Positions 14,024 to 28,400 of a stretch of DNA of 64,000 nt are shown here, piece by piece. Under the pieces are notes generated by a model. The model was not told the origin of the DNA. It did not search any database and saw nothing but the letters and a program-made list of their open reading frames with translations. Position 1 is the stretch's first letter. Every line of letters begins with the position of its first letter. A program made the translations under genes and the position numbers. This stretch comes from Bugula neritina (Eukaryota; Animalia; Bryozoa), in contig OZ037765.1 of NCBI GenBank assembly GCA_964035545.1, forward strand, positions 13,836,698 through 13,900,697, read 5' to 3'.

Positions 14024-14410
14024 AAATAAGCTACCAAGCCAGCTATTTGCTTTAACTCAATACTAATTTAGCTAGAGTTTATTTTATTCAGAACAACAGA
14101 ATAAAATGCACAAATGCATTTCATGGTATATCACATACTGCTATATTACAACTTTACTGTGCCATTTTTGTCTAGAATCTTTTTAATATACCACTTAATA
14201 ATCATATTTGAAATTTTTTCTTATTATATTTTGTCTATCTTTTACCTTTAAGTTTAATGTTTGTGCAAGATGGTTTCTTATGGAAGCTTTATTACTGTAA
14301 GTGGCTTGCTGATGGCTTCTTTGCTTTCTATTATGTGCTAAATGATAGCATAAAATTAATACATATATTACACCAAAATCTATAAATATCGTCTCTAAGT
14401 GGGATGGCGG
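14024..14410 (+). repeat. Partial second copy of the MITE body found at 15153-15460
   Basis: aaataagctaccaagccagctatttgctttaactcaatactaattta... repeated directly at 15153; this copy carries ~60 extra bp and ends in tctaagtgggatg. Confidence 0.85.
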
Positions 14411-15047
14411 TTATATAGGTACCAGAATAAAGAATAACTTCTAACTGGAAGCATCTATCTGAGATCAAACCTTTAAAAGTTGTGTTTTATATTTGTACAT
14501 AATATATCTGTAATTTTGCTAAGCAGGCACAGTAATGGAGGTTCTAGAAACTACATATATGCTAGACTAATTTACAAAGAGGCATTTTCAATTTCTATAC
14601 ATACAACTAGATTGTTGAAGTGTGTCTTAATCTTTTATTGTTAGAAAAGATTCAGCCTTATAGAGCTTTCAAAATAACATTACGTTGAACTAGCGTCAGA
14701 CTGTTAGGTTTTAATAGCTGATCTAACCAAAATTAAAAAACATTAAAGTGCTAGAAAACTTTGTTAAGCCTCCAACATTACATTATAAAACTAGATTACA
14801 CATTTTTAATTTTTTTATGATGAATTTCTCCAGTCCTAAAATATCACTGTTTATAAAAAATTAGCATATATCACTAAACTGGCCACCAAAATAGAGAATA
14901 TTAGATACATAGTAAGCTTGCACCTGCCTGGCCATTTAGCATTTATATATGTGTATGAAAATATTAAGAAGTGTGGGACTCTAAAAGATTGTCCAACATT
15001 TTGTACCAAATCACTAAACTGTTATTACGCGTGCACATATGTTTATA

Positions 15048-15521
15048 TGGTTTCATCCCACTTAGACGATTCCCAGTTAGACGGTTTTTTAATTTTGGTA
15101 CAATATATATAGTAATATACAAATATAACTGTTGCATTTACTGTTAAACATGAAATAAGCTACCAAGCCAGCTATTTGCTTTAACTCAATACTAATTTAC
15201 CTACAGTTTATTTTATTCAGAATAACAGAATAAAATGCACAAATGCATTTCATGGTATATCACATACTGCTATATTACAACTTTTTCTTATTATATTTTG
15301 TCTATCTTTTACCTTTAAGTTTAAGGTTTGTGCAAGATGGCTTCTTATAGAAGCATTGTTACTGTAAGTGGCTTGCCGGTGGCTTCTTTGCTTTCTATTA
15401 TGTGCTAAATAATAGCATAAAATACATAATATATTACACTAAAATCTATAAATATCGTCCAAGTGGAAAGCGTCCATGTGGGAAACATCTAACTGGGAAT
15501 CGTCTAAGTGGGATGACACCA
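15048..15521. mobile_element. MITE, ~470 bp, with ~33-bp TIRs, subterminal 13-14-bp repeats and TA flanks
   Basis: tggtttcatcccacttagacgattcccagttaga (left) vs tctaactgggaatcgtctaagtgggatgacacca (right); related end fragments near 16326-16348 and 17046-17078. Confidence 0.85.
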
Positions 15522-17699
15522 TATATTTACCATTTGATTTTACAATCTGTAAGGATGTGCCATATTTTTTAATTTTATGAGATGGTTTAAACTGTATGAC
15601 TCCATTGAAGCATAAGAAATTATCTTTTTGCTCCCAAACATCACTATACCTACCGACGTTTTTGGAAGTTTATTAGTTAATTCATAAAAACAACATAGCT
15701 TTATACCAAGGGTAGTCCAGCCTTTCTCTTAACTGGTAAGTAATAATTTAACCTGCTCAGAAGTTAGACCCACCTTTGAGCACTTTCAAATAATCTTTAA
15801 ATTGTCACTTATGAATCATCAAACACTAACAACTCCGCCTTTCATTGTTAATTATATACTTTGAAAGTTTATCTTTGCACTCAAAGCTTAAATTTATGGA
15901 CAATGACTATTTGAACACAAGGTGATAGCTTTCAACGAATGGCTTTTGTATGGAAATAATGTTCCTTCTAACTCAAACATAAAATCTTACTGCATAGTAT
16001 GCCTATGGTAGTAATGCAGCAAAATACGCGTGTACACTAGTAACAAACGTGGCTGTAAATTGCAAGATCTGCATTAGCATAATATTAATTTTGCATGTTT
16101 TTTGCTTCTTGTTTGAACAGATATTTTGTTAATGAGTATTCATTAATTAAAGGTAATGTCTATTATTAATGTATTACTGCTTTTGGTCCCACACAAATCT
16201 ATGAAAATTAGAATAATATTCCAGATAATTCATGTTAGCTATTATAGCTATTAGCTATTTAGCAATCGATACAACAGCTATATAAGTTATATATATATAG
16301 GTATATTGCACCAAAATAAAAAATAGCGTCTATTTGGGATGAAACCTTGAAAAGCGTCTCTGAGCTACCTTCATAAAAGGAAAAAATTCTTAACTTGACA
16401 CTGACACAATGAAACTTTTGCCAATTGACAAGATTCATGGGTTTCAACAAGCTAAATCTATCCAAGAATAGCTGACAAAGCACTAAGAAATTTGGTGTTA
16501 TTCAGCACCACCTTTCTATGTGAGGTAGTATTCTCATCAATATTATTGAAAATGAAAAGAGAATCTGCCTTGACTGGCAAATTGATCTGAGAGTTGCTCT
16601 ATCAAAAACAAAGCCAGCAAGCTGGCACAAAAGCATCAGCTGCAGCCATCCCATAACCAATAATTAAACTGCGCTGTGTTTTATACAAGCATAATAATAA
16701 TATATAACATTGCATATTGTTATAATCAAATCTAATAGAAAAATATAGATTTGTACCATAATATGTTATGTCAGTCTTTTTAAAGTACATTGTATATAAA
16801 TAGCAATTCACGAAGGGGGGATTAGAAATCAATGCTTATAATAGGGGGAATAGTATGGAAAATGTTGGGAACCACTGAATTATAGAATATGCAAATATAA
16901 TAAGTTAATGCAGATCACAGAAATTTATTTATGTGCTAGATAACAAGCAATTAATCCAAGTTTTTTTAAATATACATATATTTCAATGGTATTAAAATAA
17001 ATTGAACATAAAATATATCTTGTAGCCAAATAAATAAATAGTGTTTAACTGGGAAGCGTCCATGTGGGATGACACCACCATGTATAGTGTTCAGTTGTTG
17101 TAGAAATTAAAATCTTTTCTGCTTTAAAATATAATTACTTGTTATTTAGAACGTTAGACATAGCTATAGAATTTCCTGTATTTTGAGGCAATATATATTT
17201 GAGGCCTATATTTCATTTGCATGTACATTCATTGAAATATGCAAAACTGTTAATGGTATAAAAGATTTAAAAAATAAGCAAGATTACTATTCCTATAACC
17301 CACTACATAAAAGTACTAAAGCATCATTCTACCACTTTCATATTTTTACTATCTATAATAATATTTCTTAAAATGTGGCTGGTGTTGGGTGGAGTAAACG
17401 GACATCTCTCATTCCGCAACCTGATCACACCTATCTATCTGACTCTGGTTATAATTATAGTTGTCACCTTTTTAATCTTTAGCTCTTTGCCACACACTTA
17501 ATTCCTTGCTAAACCAAGAGCTATTTACATTTTTTCCTTAAATTTATTTGACTGCTGTCAATTATACCCTTCAGTCTATTCAGTTGGCGGGTTGTTTAAT
17601 TTGGCTATTCAAAAATTAATAACCTCTAATTAGCAAGTAAAGCTTATAATTGAACAGTGCGTGTAGTTTCAAAACATGACCAATATTAACTGTTTTCTA

Positions 17700-17933
17700 T
17701 TGGTTAATGCCCATAGCAGAACGTAATGTTTAACGGGCTGTTGAGCTGTAACGTTTCATTATTATGCAACTGTACTCTGTGTCGAAGTGACATCAGGAAA
17801 CGTGTGCTGCTTTGCCCACACAAGTCGTAATTTCTACCCTGATATCGTATGCTTTGTTGCGGAAAGACTTGGTATTTCTATTGCTACTGTTCTGACTAGT
17901 GAAAAGACAGTGAAAAGTTTCCAACAAAACGCA
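17700..17933 (+). promoter_or_regulatory. Putative promoter and non-coding first exon of the HELZ-like gene
   Basis: CpG-enriched stretch ending at a strong donor gca|gtgagt (17933/17934), followed by an ANT tract; splicing to the 19416 acceptor puts an in-frame TGA upstream of ATG 19435. Confidence 0.55.
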
Positions 17934-18214
17934 GTGAGTACACGGTAATATTATTATTATAAGGCGCAATTGTAATCTCTACGTCATACTGTAAACGCCT
18001 GGATTTTCCGTAAGTTTCGCTTTGGTAATAACATAGTAAAAACATGAATAATTGAGCTGCGCAAATACTAAACTGCAGCCTACAGTCAACAGTGGGAATG
18101 TTTATTTTTTGGTCGCAGTGCTATTTATTGAATAATTTTGAATATTAAAAAACGTAAAATAAAAGATCTACGCAACTGGTAAAGATACTCAAACTTTGAA
18201 TTTGACCTAGTTGC

Positions 18215-18940
18215 AATAATTATAAGTGTAACTATAACTCAGTCTCTTACTCTCTACTGTAGTTCACTAACAGTAACAGTAAAACTAAAAGTGACTGTAA
18301 CTGTTAGTATAAGTATTACTATTAGTATTAACATTACTTATTGTTATTAGGATGACTACAAGTGTAGCTTATCACTATTACTATATCATTGTCTTTTATT
18401 ACTACTTCTAGTCACTAAGACTATGACTTATGAGTGTCACTATCAATTTGAATATTGATTATATTTATATTTATTTCGGTATGAGTAATACAATTTACAA
18501 ATATTACTGTTACTGTTAGTATTATACTATAATTAGCTTTACTAGTCTAAAATTATTAGTAATAGAGTAATACTTTTAGTATTACTATTCAGTATTCGTA
18601 AAAGTTGAACGTCACTTCATTTTTTAAAAAAATCTTTGTAGATAATGGTATTTTATTAATAGTAATACTAATAGACAATGTAAATGCATTTTTTTACTAT
18701 CAACTTGAATCTGTATAATCAGTAATTAGTATATTACCACCAATATCATTAAATGTAAAAGTGTGACTTCACTAGTATTTATTTTATCTGTGAATCACTT
18801 AATGTGAATTGTTGCTTAGTCTTAGTATGTATGTTGACTATAATACTGAGTACTGACTACCTTGGTGCCATTGCTGATAACTATGAGTACTAAATCATTG
18901 AAGTGAAGTTACTGTCAACTAATATTGTTACTATAATTTT
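18215..18940. repeat. ANT-periodic low-complexity tract in the HELZ-like first intron
   Basis: agtattactattagtattaacattactattgttatt, gtgactgtaactgttagtataagt, aagactatgacttatgagtgtcactatc. Confidence 0.7.
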
Positions 18941-19434
18941 TAGAGATGTTCTATTTTTACATACATGCATTCCTGCCTTTGAATTCATTTAAAGGCACCA
19001 CATGTTTTTACTTAAAACAATATAGATAAAATTTATGGTTAATGTAAACAGCATAGCTGGTTTTTAAATTAGAATAATATACTAAATAATTGTAGTAGCT
19101 AAAGAAAATATCATTGCATGCTAACATATATACGGCAAGTTCAAGTAGAAGTAATTTTTTTACTTTAGACAAGGATTTAAAAATTAGTGATAGCCGTGGC
19201 AGATATTGCATCTCTTTTATATTTATCAATTATTCTGCATTTTCTTGTAGCAGCTATTTATCTCAGAATTCATTTTATTTTTTCCAAAAACCCTGTTAAA
19301 GTTTAATGATAACTTCATTTAGCCTATGATTTTCATACATCTACTTTTACTCAACTTTTTTAACTTGATGTTTATATAAAGCTTTCTGTTTAAACTTATT
19401 TTGGGTTAATTACAGGTTGTGTGTCGATAGTGCT

Positions 19435-22400
19435 ATGGCAGAAAACTTTATGGTTCAGGTTAGTAACAGTTAATAAACTTCTGATAGTTCATGTTGGTGG
19501 AGCTAAAACATGTACATCTCTACTCATGTAGTGATGAGTTTACCCAGTGGCGTCTGTGGTGTAATTGGTTAGCGCACCTGCTTGCAAGCCGGAGGACTGT
19601 GGTTCGAATCCCAGTGGGAGCAAAAAGTTTTCACATGCTATTTCGGCCTTTAGTAAAGTGTAGTAGTAGTACTCCAAGGGAGTTGAGAGGCCAGGGGAGC
19701 CTGATGACTGAAGGAGTAGTAGATAGGCCAATGGAGTTCAGAGAACTGGGTGGGATGTAGTGATGAGGTTACCCAGTGGCCATTGTGGTGTAATTGGTTA
19801 GCTCGCCTGCTTGCAAGCCGGAGGTTTGTGGTTTGAATCCCAGTGAGGGCAATTATTTTTCAGCCCACAGCCGATTCTTTCATATTCTCCTCTTGTCAAA
19901 ACTAAAAAAAGCACCATTGCCTTTAGCAATTGAAGAAACTAATTTTTCTACTAAAGCATGTTCAGAAATATGTGTGAATTTGCTTAATGCCAAACATTCA
20001 TGTTCATGGCTCCTGTGTGAGCATAAAGTGACAGCATCATTTGCACACACCTCTAACTTTCACAATCATTTCTAACTTTACTAAATTTTCTTTTATAGTA
20101 ATTATCTGATTTATAAATAAAGGTTTACATCTATGGTTTTATATTCTCACGTTTTGTGCAATTCAAATAAGTGTTGAGTGCTATTCATATTTTGTTTGTA
20201 TTCAACTGGTACAGTATTTTTCTGAATATGTTGTAGATTGTTGAAGGTGTTGACCTTTATGTTGATGGAAAAACATCTGTAATTCACAGAAATAAATCAG
20301 ACACAAAGAAATGGGTGTTTTCATATAATACGAAGGTATAATTGAAAGTTTATTGTTTTTGCTGTAGTAGCAAAAAATATTTTTGCTATATTCAGTATGC
20401 TGCCATCATCAGTTTGATTGAATAAGTAATCACATATTTTTATGGTTTATCTATATGACGTTTACTTCTCACAAAAAGACAACTCCAAATACGAAAGTTC
20501 TTTCACTCAGCATAAAAATATAAGTAGTGTTGAATGTTATTGTAATTTGTGTAATGTTTTCACTTTCATGGAAAATTAGATAGTAAGACAACTTGAACAA
20601 CAATGTGTAGCTTACACTTTGTTTTTAAAATGTAAAATATGTCATCAGCTTGTTTTTTTATTCATTTAAAGTTTAAGGCTCAAAAGCTTTCATTTGAATA
20701 AGATGATGATGCAATAATTTGATTCGTTACAGCAAGAGCTTGAGGAGATTCTTCTGATAGGTGATGATTCATACTCAAACCAACTCAACTTCACTATTCA
20801 ATCTGTTTCAATGAGAGACTGTGCACGAAACTCTGATCAACCCAAGTGGTACCGGGAGGGGTCTTGGCAAAGGTTCCGGTGTCCTAAAGATGTTACAAAG
20901 CACTTTCATGGATCTTCTCATCAGTATAAATTAGAAGTATGTCTGGAACATTTTGTGTCCTGTTATCTTTCAAACTGACCTGTGGTATACATTTTGTATT
21001 CAAGATAACTCACTGAGTATTTTTTGGTTGTAGATTGTGTTCAAAACAGAATGCTATGGATCATTCAAGCAAAAAGTGGTGGCGAAGTTTAGTGGTGTTG
21101 TCGAAGCTCTCTATAGAGAACTGGTAGTCTCAGTCAGTCCTGAGGAAATCACCATTACAGGGTCCGACTTGACTCGCACAGAAAGTACTAGATGGGAGAG
21201 TTGTCCAGGCGTAGAAATCATCAAGACTGTTGATCCGTTAGTATAATTTACACCTTTACACCTTACGTACATTTTCAAAATAAATTCCAGTTGGGTGGAG
21301 CTTAAAGCTGGTGAAAATAAGCCAAATCTTTGCTCATTGTAAAATTTACTTTTAATGTAAATGTTTGATATGATAATTTTAATGGTAATTCTCCCTTCAA
21401 TTGAATTTAATGTTGTTTTAGGAACCAAAATGCTGAGAATCTTCATCTTATGCAAACATATAAACGACCTTCGAACATAGACGGTTGCATGCAGACAGTC
21501 ATTGGCCATGGTGAAGTGAAACCTTCTAATTACAAGGATATTTACCATTCACTGCTATATATAGAAGAGAGTGAACAATACCATCTACTTTCTAGGTTCG
21601 TATGTTGTATTGCTTCTGAAGATTAATTTTAATTGAATTTCGTTTGAAGTCTAAATGAAGAACTGGTATGTTCATTTATTTTATTTGAGTTACTATTTGC
21701 TATAGGCTCAACCTGCACGGTCCAATTTACTTTACTGATTCCTACACCAACGAGTCTGTTGCTGATGACACTACCCACTATGCTAATCTGGGAAAACTAT
21801 TTGGTAAATTACCAGTAGGTTCAGCATTATCAGAAGACACGCCTCAGGGAAAGATTCTTCTTCAAAATGTTGACTCTGTATTACTCTGCTGTGATCATCG
21901 TCTACCTAAAAAGGTACTATTTCAAGTAAATAGAACATAGGCTGATTGATTTGATTCCTAAAACCATCTTTTTTCAACATACTTATTGCCAGCATAGAAC
22001 CGCTATTGCAAGTAAACGCATTTAGGGCATCAGAACACTAGTTGCCACAACTGGTACTCTAAAATATGAGGCTTCTGTAAACATCTCGTCATTTGAAAAA
22101 TTACAGTAATGCTAATATTTCTAGCCAGTCAACATACAGTTTAAATCAGGGGTGTCCAACCTTTTCAGACCGAGGGCCACTCTGCAAGTTTCAGCTTGAG
22201 CCGAGGGCCACAACATTTTTTCTGTTTTTAAAAATCAATTTTCAAGATTCATTGAGCATCTGCAGGCTATATGTATTGTAATTATAAGCAATGGCTAGGC
22301 TTTGCATTTTTATTAAAACCATAACACATTTAAATCGATATTTATGTGTGTATGTGTGTGTATGTGTGTATACGCATTTAATTAAAATAGGTAAACAAGA

Positions 22401-25400
22401 AACATAAATACAAAATTGTAACCAAACCCAAATTATACATATATACATACAAAGTAAATATTCATGATATTCATGCAAAATTTTAACAAGATGCGCCAGT
22501 GCTAAGAGTCTGTACTCATACCGGTATAGTTGATTTTACAACAATCAGTGAGACACTTGTGAGTACACAGTGAGTATTGTTTGCCTTGAACAATTCTGTT
22601 AATATCTGGTTTCGTATCAGAACATATTACCCTTAGTTGCTGGCCTAAGTGCTGACTAGTGAGTGAAGTGTGATATTTATTTTTGTGTATTTCATTTGAC
22701 TAAAAATTGAAAGTTCAAACCTTCAAGCCATCTCAGTGATAGTGCTGTGCAGTGCAGTGCAGCATCTAACAATAGTATGCTATGAAAGTTAGCTATAAAT
22801 AGTATAAGTTTTATAGTACCTAACAGTCAAATGTCAAAGGTCAAGGGATCAGAAATCGCAAATCATTTCAGTACATACTCGTACAAAATTTATTATAAAA
22901 CAAAATTGTTTAGGCACCTAACCTTAAAACAGTATGTAAATGAAAACTAACATACATAAGAATATTTTAGTACTGCATAAGTGAAGTGTGCCAGAGATTC
23001 TTCAACTACTTATCTTTCACAATACAGTCAATAAAAGTGAGATCTCAGTTATACTTACAAAAAAGTCTTGTCTCTATATATGGCCAGTCCTGATTAAATG
23101 TCTTTGAAATATCTGTCTGCACAAGATAGCTAAGGGCAACTTTTTAGCTGCAACTGCCTTGCTCAGGTTTGCATTGTAACTGTGTAAAAATTTAGTACCA
23201 GTAAAAAAAATCTCATTTAATTGTATGCTACTAGAATCAAAGTTTAAAAACTATGGTGTTAATCTTATTTTTTTCCAGTGCAACTTTTTGGGAATTTTTT
23301 CATTCTTTTGCAAAGTTGTAGAAAAAAAACTGCACATTTTCGGCTAATTTTGCCTGAAAAGTTGATTGTTTAGTACCAGTAAAATAACTTAGCAAGAAAG
23401 CATGATATCTGAATAAAAAAGCAATGACTTAGATTTTATGTAAATTATGGATTTATATACTGGAAATGGTATATTTCTTTTTAAGTAGTAAGCACTGTGC
23501 ATCACTTCACGCTTCAGTAAACGCGTAGAGATGAGCATATAATAGAGGGGTCTACATATTGTAAGTCACAAGCTTGCTAGCTAACAGGCTATAACGACTA
23601 GCTTGCTGTTATTGGTTGTAGTATGATCTCAGGCTAAACAATAATAAGTAGGTAACACGCATGCCACCCACAGAACAATATTGTACAAGAAATTAAACTA
23701 CATTTTAATAGAAATTGTGCTGCTGTTTCAGGCTAGTTAGCAAATTTGATTTAAACAAAAAATTTGTAACTTGCTATACCTTGGGGGGGCCACACAAATA
23801 TAGCTGGAGGGCCGGATCCGCCTTTTGGACAGCCCTGGTTTAAATCAAGATGTGCCGATTTTGTGTTCATATGACCTTTGTTATTTGTAACTCTTTAAAT
23901 CACTTCACTTAGTTCTATGAAAACACTCATGTCAAATAACGATGATTTGGGTTATATATATCTTACTTTCAACTCTACTGTTGCTGATGAGTTTTATTTT
24001 ATAAAAAAACAGTTCTTTTGCTGTCTTATGTTGTGTTGAAATTGTTCTATCAAGTTTGAATGGCCTGTTTCAGGTATTTGAATGTGCTATTTTGGAGCGA
24101 TGCAAAGATTTTCTAATTGCAGAGATTCCAGAGAATTTTGTTAAGCACTTTGATATACAGAAAAATCAGTTTGCAGAATGCCAGGTTGGTAACTAGTATA
24201 TGATATGAAGACTCATTCAGTTTAAAACATGAGTTTAAGAAATGTAATTTGCTAACATTTTTACGTAGTTTTAAAAATGTTCAACTGCATGGTAGTTTCT
24301 AATAAAGCGTATTTCATCAATTGAAGAGTTTTTTGTATCACTTGCGTATGTTTCATTTTATTTACTGTAATAATTATTGTAGCTGAGCTTTTCATATTGT
24401 GGTTTTAGTCATTTGCAATAAAATATAGTTGTATTCTCTTTAGGTACAGTTTGTAGTGAATACATTGCCATTCTGTCATCTTCACTCAGCTCTGGACAAG
24501 TTTGAGGAGTTTTCAAGACTGTTTCCTGTCGATATGATGCTATCTGACAGCTCTTCAGTTGATTCTTCAAAGTACGAATTCAATATCACTTGATGCATAG
24601 CTGAATAAATGATAGTTTAGTTCTATGTGTCCAGGACCAGTAAACTTTGTTCTTGACTGTATTTTTAGACCAGGGAGTCATGATCTCTTGCAATTGAATG
24701 AGGAGCAGAGAGCAGTATTGAAAATGCTGCATGGGACGACCATAGACCAACCCCCAATTCTATTGATTGGACCTTTTGGAACTGGGAAAACCATGACTAT
24801 TAGCTCCTGTGTTATTCAGCTTTTGAAAAACAGAAAGAATAAAGTGCTAATATGTACTCACTCAAACAGGTAATAGCTGAAGATAATACAGTTATAAAAT
24901 TAGACTTGTAGTTTTAATTTATAAAAGTGTTTTAAATTTATCAACTTAAAAGACATGTTTTTGCATTTTTAATTCAACAGCTTTTCAATATTAAAATCTG
25001 GAGCATCTTTGCATATTTATTTCTTAATATAAAAGTAGTTTGTTGCCATGAATGAGCAAGTGAATTTAAAGCAATATAGTTGATGTTAGTCTTTATAACA
25101 GTATTCAACTGTATAAGAGCTTGAATTCATTATTATATGTATAATGCTGTCTTGTGCTCTTTTCAGTGCTGCTGATTTATATATAGAAGGTTACCTTCAT
25201 GAATATGTGTGCTGTGCTCAGAAGAAGGTAAAGCTTGTAAGACTTTATTACAAGAACCGATGGTGCAGCACAGTTTCCAACGTCTTACTTAAGTATGCTC
25301 TGATGGATAGTAGCCGCAGATCATTCAGGGATCCTACCTTTGAGGACGTTGCAGATGCAGACGTTGTGGTGACTACACTGACCACAGCATATAGTCTGCT

Positions 25401-28400
25401 GCAGCTCAACCTACCCAGTGGTGAGATTGTCTTGCATAGGTTTTTACTATGTTTGTGTAATAAATAAAAATATGTTGCGAATTTGGTGTGCAACAGGATT
25501 TCTTTTCTTTGTTGCAAACATGATATATAAGAGTGTATGTATGTATCTACACATTTATACATACACCTACGTATATATTATGTAGATGTGTATGTGCATA
25601 CTCTTTATGTGTTTTCCTTTTGTTTGATTAGAGTTTTTCACTCACATCATGATTGATGAGGCAGCACAGGCTAAAGAGCTGGAAACCTTGATACCACTAA
25701 CTCTTGCAGGCTCCTTCACTAAGATATTGATGGGCGGAGATTACATGCAGGTAACCAGCAATTCTATCACTGATATGCCAAGCATTATTTGACAAGTGAT
25801 TCCCAATTTCTCCTGCTGCTTGCTCAAAGTTGGTTGGGTTTACACAAATATTGGACACACCAGAAATCATGTGACACTTGCTTTGAAACTTTTTGATAGT
25901 TACGGGCTTTTCATTATTTAATGTTTATCTCACTTGTGACTCTGCTATAAAGTTTGTCCTTGCAGTAGTTTCCAGCAAGGTTTAGTATTTTTTTGTCAGT
26001 GACGACCCATGGTTTGTATTTTGTTTTGTTTGCTCTTTATAATAATTTCACATATGGTTACAAACTTGTGTTCTATATATTTTTTCGGCAACAATAAAAT
26101 AAGGTATATTTGCTTTCAAGCAATATTTATATCCTATCCATTTTAGATAAACCCGGAAGTGCACTCAGTCTTTGCCCGGCAGCATAACTTACACGGCAGC
26201 TTGTTTGAAAGACTTGCTCAACGCTATCACAAGTATCACCCGTGCAAGAGTAAGTTCAACCCGCCACCATATGATATATATCACTATTCTAGCCTTAATA
26301 ACTGCAGTGATAATACTCTCTGCAGGAGAATTTCATCAGCTATAAATCATTTTTATGGTGCATTTGAACAACATATTAAAATACTTTGAATAAAAACTCA
26401 AGATTGTTTATTCACCTGGATTATTAAGAGCACAATTTTTGGTTTACAAAAACCTATAAGCATTTTTGACCATGTTTCAAAATCAAGTAATTAATGTAGC
26501 CAATGAGCTTAACTGAGATGTGGACAATCACAAAGTTTTTCGAAACTCTATTTCCTAAATCCCCTCCAAAAGTCAATGCCTTTTCGAAAACGATGTGGTG
26601 TATTTTTTTAGTAAAATTACTAAATAAATTTTTCTTGATATCTTTTGAGGTTCCCATTGAGCATGTTTTTCTTTTTTATTGCTTTCTCACCTTTCTTTCT
26701 CATCTTTCACCGCCGTGTCCTGATCGGGTGGCACTTATCTTATATTGCCTTCCAATAAATGATATAAGTACAAGTTTTATTTCCAAAATTAACAATTGTT
26801 AGCTTTTGTTCAGCGGGTATTGGGAGAGTTTAAACTAAAGTGTTTTCACAAACTGCAGCTGTAACGAAACATTTACCATGCATAGTTGTTTCACTCGCAG
26901 CTACTTACTTGTTTACGTTATGTTGTAGTCACATTGACAAGGAACTATAGATCTCACAGATACCTGGTGGACTACTCGTCAGACTTGTTCTATGAAAAAA
27001 GACTCATTGCTGCTTCTCACCAACCAATGCACCAAAATTGGCATCCTCTCACATTTCTGGCTGCTTGCGGTGAAAGTGTGCAATCAAAATACGGTGTTGG
27101 CTACTCAAATCAAGCTGAGGTATTGTGATATTAGACTGTATTGATGGCATTGAGCATACTATGTATGTATATGTTTACTCCAGTCAATTTTACATATAAA
27201 TTAAATATAAGCAAAAACTAACAAAGTGTTGTTTAAGAATATTTGTCAATGTGAAAAAATGCAATAAGATATTACATAAAGGTAGCAGTTGGGAGCTACA
27301 GATTTCATATCAAACTATCACATTCGTCACACCAAATTTTTGCTTTAGGTATTTGAGACCGTAGAGTTCATAACGAAATTGGTTTCAAATTGGCCAGAAG
27401 AAACATGGGGAAAGTTTGATCAATACTCGATTGGAGTTGTGTTGCCATACATGGAGCAGGTGATGATGGTTCGCTCAATGCTGAAACAGGGCCCGGTGAA
27501 AGATCTAAGACACGTTTCCGTTGAACGTGTGTACAATGTTCAAGGTTAGTAGTTGATTATAAATGCCTAAAATAGCGATACAAATGATTTGAAAGGTTTT
27601 GGCTGCATGATAATGAAAGTAAGACATTTTCTTGTAACTTTTATAAAATATGTTTGCCCAAAAATTATTTATATTAAAATTTGCATAGCTTCAATTAAAT
27701 GAAATTTTTCTTACATTCTACATTAGATGACCAAACCTCTTTCAAAGATGAGTGAAACTTCTAGAAGGTGAACTCACAGTTTAGACTTTAGTAGTTTTTG
27801 TTGTTATGCTGATTGCCATTGTTTTTTGGTAACATAATTCACATTGGACTGCGCAGGAAAACAGTTCAGAGTGGTGATTATCAACACTGTTCGTACTCAT
27901 CACACCTGCAGAGGAATTGATGAAGATAATTCTGCTGACTATGCCTTTCTATCAAACTCCAAGCTTCTGAACACAGCCATTACTCGAGCACAGTCATTGG
28001 TTGTCGTGGTTGGGAATCCATTTTCTCTGTGTACAGCAGGGAAGTGCAGGTGAGAGACATTTTCAAACTATTTTATAGAATTAGAGACGTGATTTCCTGT
28101 TGATATTAGCCCTTTAAAAGGTAAACTATGTCATACTACTCTGTTCCAATATGTTTGACAGAAATATGTGGATTAAGTTCCTTGAAGATTGTGAGCGGAA
28201 CAAAAGTCTTTATGGAGTGACATTTGCTCAAATCCAGGATTACATGGACTATATGGGTGAGCAGTTTAACCTAAATTTTACATATTCATGCATGCTCCAA
28301 CTATGTATAAATGCTGAAGTTTCATTCCAAGTGAGTTATAATAAAACCTTAAACCTAGCAATGATTTGATGAGAAACAAATAACTTCAGCTATCTGTATT

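Noticed and set aside
19550-19850. Functional tRNA genes
   Set aside because: 6-nt anticodon loop, mismatched acceptor and T stems, mutated B box in copy 2
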